From Ginglymostoma cirratum (taxonomy: Eukaryota), in contig JAHRHZ010000080.1 in NCBI GenBank assembly GCA_024137785.1, positions 20,765,233 to 20,829,232 of the forward strand: a stretch of DNA of 64,000 nucleotides. The letters are read 5' to 3'. The notes beneath the pieces were generated by a model. It ran no database searches, was not told the DNA's origin, and saw only the letters and a program-made list of their open reading frames with translations. The number at the start of each line of letters is the position of its first letter. Within the stretch, counting starts at the first letter, position 1. Shown here piece by piece: positions 50,914 to 61,637 of this stretch. The position numbers and the translations under genes were made by a program.

Positions 50914-52937
50914 GATGGCATCCAAAGCCTGGATCTCTAATTGTCATCCTAAAGGATGTTGCTGGTACCTTAAAACAAAGTAGACCTTTTATTTAAAACA
51001 AAACCCGAAAGAACTGCAGATGCTGGAAATCTGAAACAAAAACAGAAATTGCTGGAAAAGCTCAGCAGGTCTGACACCATCTGTGGAGACAGATCAAAGT
51101 TAATGTTTTGGTCCAGTGACCCTTCCTCAGAAGCAGTTCTGTTCTTCAATTCTTCAGTTAATGAAACATCAGAGTAGGTTCACTGGACTAATACCTGGAA
51201 TAGGAGAGTTGTCTGTCATGAGGAAAGGTTAGACAGGTTTGGAGTATAAAACAGTCATTGATGACTTGATTGAAAAATCAAAGATCCTGAGGGGACTTGA
51301 ACAGGTGGAGGTGGAAAGGATGTTTCAGCTTTGGAGAGGAACTTGGGGCCACTTTTAACATCTGGGGTCACCACTTTAAAACTGAGATGAGGCAATTATT
51401 TTCACAAGTCTCTGAAGAAGATGGGGCAGAGTCTTTGGGTATTTTTAAGGCAGATGTGTGTGGATTCTTGTTAAGAGAGGAGGTGAAAAGTTATCACAAG
51501 TAAGTGGGAGTGTGGAATTGAAGTTACAATCAGGTCAGCCATGATGTTATTAAATGGCAGAGCAGGCTCGAGGGGCTGAATGGTCTATTCCTTCTTGTTT
51601 CTATTTTCATATTTCAAACATTAAAACAGTGACTGTCACAGGCAGGCAAGTGGTTTGGTAAAGTTGTAGGAAAGTTGTAAAGGGCTCTGTGGAAAGACAA
51701 AGTTGTTTCTTTATCAATCTGTGTTGATGCTAATAATTTGGAAGCTGCTGTAAGCTTCCCTTGTTGTAAACAGTATTTCAAATAAGTGATAGCTGTTTTG
51801 TAGTTACTACTCCAAATCTTACAGACATTTATAGGATATTGAATGGCATGGATAGAGTGGAAAGTATGAGGCCTTTTCCCAGGCTGGAGGGGTCAATTAC
51901 TAGGGGCACAGATTCGAGGTGCAGGTGGGAGATGTTTAAAACTGATGTACGAGTCAAGTTTCTCTCACAAAGCTGTAGTGAGTGCCTGGAACACACTGCC
52001 AGAGGAGGTGGTGGAAGCAGATACAATAGCAGCATTCAAGAGGCACCTGGATGACTACATGAATAGGAAGGGAATAGAGGGATATGGATCCTATAAGTGA
52101 AGACAGTTTTCATATGGAATGGCAAAATGTGTTGGTGCAGGCTTGGAGGGCTGAAGGGCCTGTTCCTGTGCTGTCTTGTTCTTTGTTCTTGTTCTTATTA
52201 ACTATGATCTCTGCTTGGACCTACACCTTGCTGCTTTCCCTTATGTGGCCAGATCCTCCCATTGGCCAGAGTCATACTGACAAAGAGAAGGAGATGGGCA
52301 AAGAGACAGAGAGAGAGGGATGAAAGTAGAATTCAGAGAAAGTGGGGGGGAGAGTAAAAAAAGAGAAAGAACAGAAGAGGGACAACTAAAGGACAGTGAG
52401 GAAGAGAGAAAAGATATTGAAAAGGTAATTTCTTTCCCTACCAACCTAATAAAATAGCCTTTCAATAATCACAGTTTCAGTTCACATGAAAAAAAATGCA
52501 CGTTGGGAGAGAAGAAGGCTGGTGTCTAGAGAATGTACTTGAGTAAATAGTAAATCTTGGGGAAAAATAGGAAAATCAGAATCATTCCCAATGGATTTTA
52601 CGTACAGTGCACTCTGAGGATCTTTCTACTACATTCCAGACCAATGGTAAATTAAAGAAACGAAAGATCTGCAGATGCTGTAAATCGGGAACAAAAACAG
52701 AAGTTGCTGAGAAAGCTCAGTAGGCAGCAATAGGTGTCATGGGGCCCTGACCAAGTTAACTTGTACGTTCGTATCAGTCCTACACCTTTTTTAACGGACC
52801 CCTGCCCTCTCAGCCTCCTGACCCCACTGTCTCAGTTCTGACTGAAGAAATCACGACAATTGTCAAGCCTTGATACGTGGTCACAGTCACAACAGGTTTG
52901 AAAAGCGGTGGTATATCACTAGTTAATCTCTTATGAT

Positions 52938-53435
52938 AATACAGGAAAGATATGGAAGCGTTGGAAAAGGTGCAGAGGAGATTTACCAAGATGTTGCCTG
53001 GAATGGAGGGATGGTCTTACAAGGAAAGGTTGAGAGGGCTAGGGCTTTTGTCTTCAGAATGATGAAGGACGAGAGGTGGCTTGATAGAGGTGTACAAAAT
53101 GATCAGAGGTATAGATAGAGTGGACAGCCAGGGACTTTTTCCTAGGGTGGAGGTAGCTATTATGAGGGGGCATAGTTTTAAAGTGAGTGGAGGTAGATAT
53201 AGGGGAGGCATCAGAGGTAGGTTCTTTAACAAGGGGCGTGGAGTGCATTGCCGGAGAGGGTAGTGGAGTCGGCCTCATTAGGGGCATTTAAGTGGCTATT
53301 AGATAGGCATATGCATGATAGTATAAGGTAGGGGTGGAGGTTAGATAGACCTTAGGTTTAGGGTAAAAGTTCGGCACAACATTGTGGACCGAAGGGCCTG
53401 TATTGTGCCGTACTGTTCTATATTCTATGTTCTAT
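52938..53435 (+). mobile_element. CR1 (HER1-like) LINE 3' end
   Basis: LEKVQRRFTKMLPGME..LIEVYKMIRGIDRVD..TTCTATGTTCTAT tail. Other CR1 3' fragments at about 4390-4550(+), 4670-5180(-), 21170-21480(+), 46100-46470(-), 51170-51610(+), 51830-52195(+), 56265-56615(+) and 58025-58520(-). Confidence 0.85.
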
Positions 53436-54577
53436 ATATTCCTTTGGGGGAGTCAAAACTGTACAGTCTGAAAGCGTTGATGTGCGACACCAGTACATAA
53501 TAGACCAGGGCATGTAGATATAATTCATTTTAAAGTCATATGATCTATCCTAACTTTTAATATTTATGTAAATATAAATTACTGTTCTTACTTTTCTAAC
53601 GGAAACCACTTATGTAAAGCCCCTCCACCACACCACACGCACCCCACAACCACTGTTGGCGCTGTAGCACCTCCTCTGCTGAATTTTAATACAGCATGAC
53701 ATGTTTACATCAGTAACTTCCACTGTGAATGCGAGCAGGAACTTGAGAATACTTCAAAAGTATTTATTTCATAAACATATAAAGCAGGTCAAAATTTCCA
53801 TGAAGACTGAACCTGTCACTATTTAAGTTTGAAAGTTACAACAAAAAGTTATCGCCTAAGACCATTTTTAAAATTACTGTAAGGCCTCGATTACATTGAC
53901 TCAGACTGGGTGAAATTCCCAGTGTAACAGAGTTCATTTCAGAGTCGGCTGCTGGAGAAATCTCTGATGCCAAACAGCCACAATAAGGAAAGTTAATTTT
54001 TTTTTCCAGAAATGTAAATAGAATAACAGAGAGGGGAAAGAAAAAGCATTTGTGCACTTGGATTGTTTGCAGATGGTATCTACAAATGAAAAGAGCAGAT
54101 TTAGTTCACTGAAGAATATGACGGGAAAAAGTTAAAGGAACTAAAATTTAGGCCAAGGCCAATTTCAAATGACCGTTCATCGCAAAATACTTCATGGGTG
54201 GTGTATGCTATTCGACTTGAGAAGCGTCACTTTCCACATCTGCATCTCCCAGCAGAGTCTCTGAATCAGGAATTGTCATCCCAGACTATTGACGTTTTCC
54301 GGACAGACTCGGGTTGGAATGTTGACAGAGGCCCGCAAGTGGAGTATTTTAAATAGACCTTAGGGTCACAGCGATCCCTGCCACTCGAGTTAGGGATTTA
54401 ACATTTTACATTGAATCTGAAAAAATAAATCAAGACACGGTTCTTGCCGTGTCGTAGAACGAATATTAGACAAAATTCACCAAACTCATGTCTAGGCTGA
54501 CGAAGAAAAGACACCCAAGAGGGAACAAAGGAGGTGAAATGACAAGAGCTGGCAGTTTCCCCAGAGGTGAAACTTAC

Positions 54578-54930
54578 CTGCTTCAGGTGAGGACCTCAGC
54601 CAGGTCCCTGCAGTTCTGCCCAGGAAAGCTTCAAGCATCTGAGAAAACGCAATCTGCTCTTTTTTTTTTATTCGGAATGTTTGTTTGTCTCAGCACTGCT
54701 CCACATAACGGAATATTCCCTTTCCATTTTCGCTTTACATTGGCAATCTGCAGTTTCCGAGTTCTGCAGATCCGCACTGTTTCTGCCCGCTGAGCCTCTG
54801 TGGAGCTTGTTTCAATTTGTCGTTCTGGGTCCAGATCGCTGATCCAACTGCGTGTACCGTGCAGCGATGCGGGGCAATTTTGTTTTTAATTTGTTGCGAT
54901 GTTTAGTTAAAAGAGTCCTCCGGGAGGGTG
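54578..54930 (-). promoter_or_regulatory. Probable non-coding first exon and promoter of the SHISAL1-like gene
   Basis: Perfect donor CAG|GTAAGT at 54578/54577 inside a repeat-free stretch with local CpG enrichment; the start site cannot be determined. Confidence 0.5.
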
Positions 54931-57155
54931 TGTTCTTATCACCTTTCTATTTAATTACTCCCATGTCAGCCATTATACAGTGACGCCTCTCTGCCAGCAA
55001 TGTCTAAGTTCCCAATCCTTTCCGCAAACAAATCAACTTTTCGTGACCAAAATAGAAATTGCTGGAGAAACTCAGCAGGTCCGGCAGCATCTGGGGAGAG
55101 AGAAACAGAGTTCCGGTCCAGTGACCCTTCTTCAGAACTGATTGTACCTCGGTAAAGGCTGGTACATATGCTGCACACAGGGAGTGGGGGTAGGTGAGAG
55201 AAAGGAGTAAGTGATAGGTGGAGATGGAGCCCAGAGAGAGAAAGAAATTAGCACTGGTCAAACCAAGAGATGGATAATGGTGAGCCAAGAGAAAGAAAAG
55301 TTGCTAATGGACCGTTAGTGGGTGAAAATGGGTTAGTTATGATGAAAGCAGCCCATGTGATGACAGGGCCAAGGGTGTGGGAGTGAGTAAACTTCAGCAT
55401 CTGCAATTATTGATACAAAAATAGAAATTGCTGGAAAAGCTCAGCAGGTCTGGCAGCATCTACCCAGAGATATCAGCGTTATCCACAGATGCTACCAGAC
55501 CTGCTGATTTCTTTTTTAAAAGCAATTTCTGTTTTCGTTCTGATTTACAGCATTCACAGTTCTTTTGGCTTTTTATCTCAAATTATTGAAATCGATATTG
55601 AGCCCTGAAGGCTGTAGGGTCCCCAAGTGGATAATGAGCTGCTGCTCTTCAAGTTTGCAGGAGCCAGAGACAGAAACATTGGCCGGGGAACACGTTAATT
55701 CCAACCCTGTGTCTCCAAAGGGCCCCTTCACACTGGTAGATGATTTTCGACTTCAGGAGCTTTACCTTCAAAATGCCTCACCTAATTCCCAGGCCCAGGA
55801 ATTTCACTCTTTCCATGTCATTTCTCTTCTGTCACTTATGACTTGATTGTGATCATGAAATTAATTTGTTTCAACATGTGAAATCATGTTTTGTAGATTA
55901 TGGCTCAAACCCACTGTCCCTTACATCTGCTTGTGTGTCATTAATGGTTACATTGCAAGCATCAACGAGACAAATGTCATGGAATGGAAGAATTGAAACA
56001 GCCTCTGATGAAACCTCACATTTTTTATCCAACTGTCTCTACAAAGTGAGAATTCATCTTTAAAAAAGTCAAACCACCATCACTCGTTCCATCTCCATCA
56101 ATTTCACAGGCATTGGTCACTCCCTCTCCTTCCATCCCAAATGATCCCTTTGGATCTTCACCTCTTCTTCACCTGACAAAGGAGCAGTGCTACAAAAGCT
56201 TGTGATTTTAAATAAACCTGTTGGACTATAGCCTGGTGTCATGTGACTTCTGACCTGGGGGTCTTGACGGAACAGATGCAAAAATGCTGTTTCCCCTGGT
56301 GGGAGTGTCTCGGACTACAAGGCATAATCTCAGATTAATCAGTTGCACAATTAAAACAGAGATATTGATGAATTTATTTTCCCATGAGAAAGTGAATCTG
56401 TGGAATTCTTTACCGCTGAGGGCTGTAGAAGCTGGATCATTAAGTCTATTCAAGGCTGAGATGGACAGATTTTTAATCAGGAAGGGAATTAAGGATTATG
56501 GGGAAAAGACAGGAAAGTGGAGTTGAGGATTATCAAACCAGACACGACCTCCTCGAAGAGTGGAGCAGATATAATGAGTTGAATGGTCTACTTCTGTTCC
56601 TATGTCTTATGGTCATTTAGTATTAAACCACATTCCATATTTTACCTCAAGAACACCCACCAGAAAACAAATAACTGAAACACACAAAACATTTCAGGGA
56701 GTGCAGTTATTATTATTTAAAATTATGTATTTGTTTTAAATTGAGCAGAAATTAATCAGAAATTTGAATGTTTTGAGTTTAATTATAACTTGGCTGTAGT
56801 TTATATTCTGTACAAGTAGTGAAGACATTAAGTGATTTCAATTCCATGTAAAACTCTTATTAATAATAATTTTCATGCACTTTTAAAACTAAATTGAGAT
56901 TGGCCTTCAAATGAAAGTACACATCTGCTCTAAACCATTACTCCATCATGTAATTCACTCCCGGACTTCCTTTCAACAACATGTAAACCAGCAAGGAGGA
57001 GCGGCAGAGTCCATCCCTAGCCTTGAGTATCATCAATCATTCATGACATGGTGGGCACAAAGAGGGAAGGGCACAACAGATGGAGAACGAGTTAATAATG
57101 GAGCTTCAGACGGATGTGACCAAGTTGTGGAAAACAACTGAGTGGACCTCAGTAT

Positions 57156-57460
57156 GGGGAGGTGATGGCCACCTGGTATTAATAACTGGAGTGTTAATCC
57201 AGAGACCTAGGTAATGTTCTGGGGACCTGAGTTTGAATTCCGTCATGTACACATGTTGGAATTTTAGTCCAATAGAAATCTAGAATTAATGATGACCAAG
57301 AAACCATTTCCATTGTTGGTAAAACCCGTCTGATTCACTAACGTCTTTTAGGGAAGGAATCTGCCATCCTTACATGTGACTGCAGACTCCGAGCAATGCC
57401 CTCTGGGATGGGCGATAAATGCTGGCCTAGCCAACAATTTCCCCATCTGGTGAATGAACA
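57156..57460 (+). mobile_element. SINE family B copy
   Basis: Collinear with 4026-4381, with deletions. Confidence 0.75.
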
Positions 57461-57539
57461 AAAAAAACTCATCCTGCAGAACTTTGGTAACGCCTACATT
57501 AATATTTTGGTGGGAAATATGACACAAAATCCTGCAAAT

Positions 57540-57840
57540 CCACTGGCAGGACAGGCACTCCTATATGAGGGTCCTGTCAACATCTCCAGGATCGAGGTCA
57601 AACAACTGCATTAGGCAGGCCACATCATCCACATGCCTGACACGAGACTCTCAAAACAAGCTCTCTACTCAGCCTTGTCCTGGCAAGCAGTTACCAGGGG
57701 AGTGTAAGAAATACTTCAAGGACATCCTGAAAGTTGACTGAGAAATGCAATGTCCCCTCTGACTTGTGACAATCTCTAACCCAGACAGCCCAAACTGGAG
57801 AAGCTGCAAGGGAGTCGACCAGTTTCAACATCTCCAACGG
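57540..57840 (+). mobile_element. RTE-clade LINE fragment
   Basis: QLH*AGHIIHMPDTRLSKQALYS..KYFKDILK matches the RTE C-terminal consensus QLRWAGH..RMPD.RLPK. Confidence 0.6.
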
Positions 57841-60167
57841 GCCTAGGTTAGGTTATAGATAACACAGTGTGGAGCTGGAGGAATACATTTTTGAAGAAAG
57901 GTCCTGACCTGAAACATCAACTTTCCTGCTCCTCTGTTGCTGACTGGCCTGCTGCGTTCCTGCTGCTCCACAGTGTTATCTCTAACTCCAGCATCAGCAG
58001 TTCTCACTATCTCTAGATTAGGTCAAAGAGTTTTATACATGGAAAGAGACCCTTCAGCCCATCATGTCCATGCGTCATCAAATGTGTATCTATTCCAGTC
58101 CCATCACTTCACCTGTAGCCTTGTATGCTATAGAGTGATCATCCAAATACTATTTAATCATTGGGATGATTCCTCCCTCTACCACCCTTTCAGGCAGAAT
58201 TCCCGATACCCACCACCCTCTGGGTGAAAAAAATTCTTCCTGAAGTTCCTTCTAAATCCCCTGTCTTTTCTTTAAATTTATGCTGCCTGGTTATTGATCC
58301 CTTTACCATGGGGAAAAGATTATTGCTATCTACCTTATCCATGCCCCTCATAATTTTGCCATCTCAATCAGGCTCCCTCCTCAGCCTTCTCTGCTCTAAC
58401 AAAAACAACACCAGCCTATTGTGTGTCTTCAAAGCTGAAGCACTTCAGTGTAAGCAACATCCTGGTGAATCTTCACTCAACCTTTCCAGTGCAATGACAT
58501 CCTCACTATTGTGTGGCAATCAAACACAAACTGGAGAGTGTTGAAACCCCAAGGATCGATCCACCGACCTGCCTCTCTCATTGAACACCACCTACCCCTC
58601 CTGAGGCAGGGTGGACAGAGCCAGCAGCTGACTGTTCCCTCACCTCAGGACCTACAACTCCTGCATGTGAGAAAGTCATCAACAGTCCTGAGGGACTGCA
58701 TACAATGACAAGAACACTTCTGTGAAGTTGCTCGGTTTGCCATTTTAACAAGTTGCTAATATGTTAAAATATTCATGGCAATATTAACCTCTTTTTCAAG
58801 ACATAAGACATAGGAGAAATAGGCCATTTAGCCCATAAATCTGTTGTACCATTTAGTTCACCTCCACTTTCTTGCCCTTTTGTCAAAACCCTTGATTCCC
58901 CTATCTGATTAAAAAGTTGTCTATTTCAGCCTTGGATATATTTAATTACCCAGCCTTCAACAGTCCTGTTCTATAAAGAATTCCACAAATTGCCTACTTG
59001 CTGAGAGAAAATGTAAAGAGTCATGTTCTCCTGGTTCAATGGCCCTCCCACAATGAGCACCAACAAAAGGTTGACTGGTCATTCGTCACATTGCTTTCAG
59101 TGAGTTATCACCTGTAAAGAATGGAAGCTGTTTGTTTTACAAAAATAATTACACTTCAGAAAGAAATTCATTATTAAAGAAAAAAAAAATCAGCATTTAT
59201 ATCATGCTTTCCACCAACACCGTTCATCTAAAAGCTCTCCACAGCCAATGGTGCACTTTTAGGATTGAGTAATTATCGTGATGTAGGAAATATGGCAATT
59301 TGCATACATAAGATTCCCACAAAAAACAAAGATAATGACTAGACAGTCTATGTTGTGAGGAATAATGGTCTGGACCCTGGATTACTCCTTTACTTTTCAA
59401 AATAGTATGATGGGATCTCTGACATTCACTTGAGGGGACAGAAAGAACCACTGTTTAATGTGTCATCCGAAAGACGGACAACATTCTGTTCCTCTGTTCC
59501 TCAGAACAGAGGAAGGGTCACTGGACCCAAAACGTTAACACTGAGTTTTTCTTCACAGATGCTGCCAGACCTGCTGAGCTTTTCCAGCAACTCCTGCTTT
59601 TGTAACATAGCAACACTTCCTCAATGGAGTGGAGTGTCAGAACAGATTGTGATATTCAAGTCCTTGTGTGAAACATGAACCAAGAATGCTATCCAAGCTG
59701 ATCCTGAGATGATAAAACACATTAGATTATTAAACAATGTGACAAAGCATTGAAAATAAAACTTGACACCTGAGGTCTTTAAAGTTGTGGAAGGGTTCAA
59801 TAAAGCAAGCACAAAGATATTTCACTTGTGACTGAGTACCACAAAAAGGGAAATGTCACTAATGGGTCAAAGAATTTAGGAGGAATTTCTTTACCTAGAA
59901 AGTGATGAGATTGTGTAACTTTCTGTCACTGAGTGGTTGAAGCAGTTACTGTTGAGAGAAATACATAACAGGAAGGAATAGAGAGATAAGGGACTGTTGA
60001 GGGAGATAATAGAGTGTGGATGGAGTCTTTTGTTGAATATTAATATTAGCACAAATCACTTGGACTGAATAAGCATGGGGCTGGATGAGCACAGCAGGTC
60101 AAGCAGCATCATAGGAGCAGGAAAACTCGACGTTTCGGGCCTAAACCCTTCATCAGAAAAAGGGTTT

Positions 60168-60567
60168 NNNNNNNNNNNNNNNNNNNNNNNNNNNNNNNNN
60201 NNNNNNNNNNNNNNNNNNNNNNNNNNNNNNNNNNNNNNNNNNNNNNNNNNNNNNNNNNNNNNNNNNNNNNNNNNNNNNNNNNNNNNNNNNNNNNNNNNNN
60301 NNNNNNNNNNNNNNNNNNNNNNNNNNNNNNNNNNNNNNNNNNNNNNNNNNNNNNNNNNNNNNNNNNNNNNNNNNNNNNNNNNNNNNNNNNNNNNNNNNNN
60401 NNNNNNNNNNNNNNNNNNNNNNNNNNNNNNNNNNNNNNNNNNNNNNNNNNNNNNNNNNNNNNNNNNNNNNNNNNNNNNNNNNNNNNNNNNNNNNNNNNNN
60501 NNNNNNNNNNNNNNNNNNNNNNNNNNNNNNNNNNNNNNNNNNNNNNNNNNNNNNNNNNNNNNNNNNN
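60168..60567. other. Assembly gap (400 N)
   Basis: Run of N. Confidence 1.
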
Positions 60568-61149
60568 AGTTGCTGATTTAAAACAGAGAAATGAGATTTC
60601 AGTTATGTATTTAACTTTCTTTCAACTGCAGGTTCCAACAAAATACCACAGATGACTAGCTAATTTACATTGTTAGTAATTTCGAGCAAAGGTATGTTGG
60701 ATCATTTGCTGAGATTTGGAGAGTCGTATGCACTACTGTTCCTATTTCTTATACACTCACTTTCAAAATGGAATTGGATAGGGACTTGAAGGGAAGCAAA
60801 GTTACAAAACCACAACAGAATAGAAAAGAATAGAATATCCTTTATTGTCACGTGTAGTCTATTGTAGAAGCACAGTGAAAAATTTCTAGAATGTCTGCTT
60901 CTTATGGACACAAAAGAGGAATAAGTAGTTGCATTACCCGCACTTTAAAAAATAAGTTAGAAATAAGACATCATTAAAGGATTGACATTACAGTCGGGTA
61001 AAAAATGTCAAATAAACATTACACTGTCGCAGCTCAATGCAGGGGCTCTACTCGTGGTCTGACCGCAGATCCCAGTCCTACAGCCATCCCTGCTGCACTC
61101 CAAGCCTCCAGTCTCCTCTGTACCAGTACTCAGTTGCTCCAAGCTTATG

Positions 61150-61637
61150 TTCCAAGGAAAGAAATTTACAGATGCACCATAGAAAGCATACTATCCAGGT
61201 GCAAAATGGCCCAGTCCTACACCTTCTCTGCCCAGGACTGTTAGAAACTATTGAAAGCTGTGTGGACAGCCCAGACCATCACGAAAGCCAACCTCCGATC
61301 CACAGACTTCATTTACTCATCTCACTGCCACGGAAAGGTTGCCAACATCATCAAAAACCCCTCCCACCCTGATAACGCTCTCCTAGAACCTCTTCTGTCA
61401 GGCAGTAGATACAGAAGCTTGAACAGACGCATCAATAGGTTCTAGATCAGTTTCTTCCCTGCCATTATTAGACTAATGAATGGACTCTCTAACTTCAAAT
61501 CATGTTGATCTTGTTAATGCTGACCTTGCTTCACGCATCTCCTGTGCAGTGCAACCTGTATGTCTGACTCTGTCCAAGCACCCTTTAATCTGCCTGTACT
61601 TGGGTACACATGGCAATAAATCAATTCAATCAATCAA
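61150..61637 (+). mobile_element. Rex1/Babar-like LINE 3' end
   Basis: YRCTIESILS..KVANIIKNPSHP..LLSGSRYRSL; (AATC)n tail. Confidence 0.75.

Noticed and set aside
60075-60581. 168-aa ORF
   Set aside because: Artefact of the N gap.
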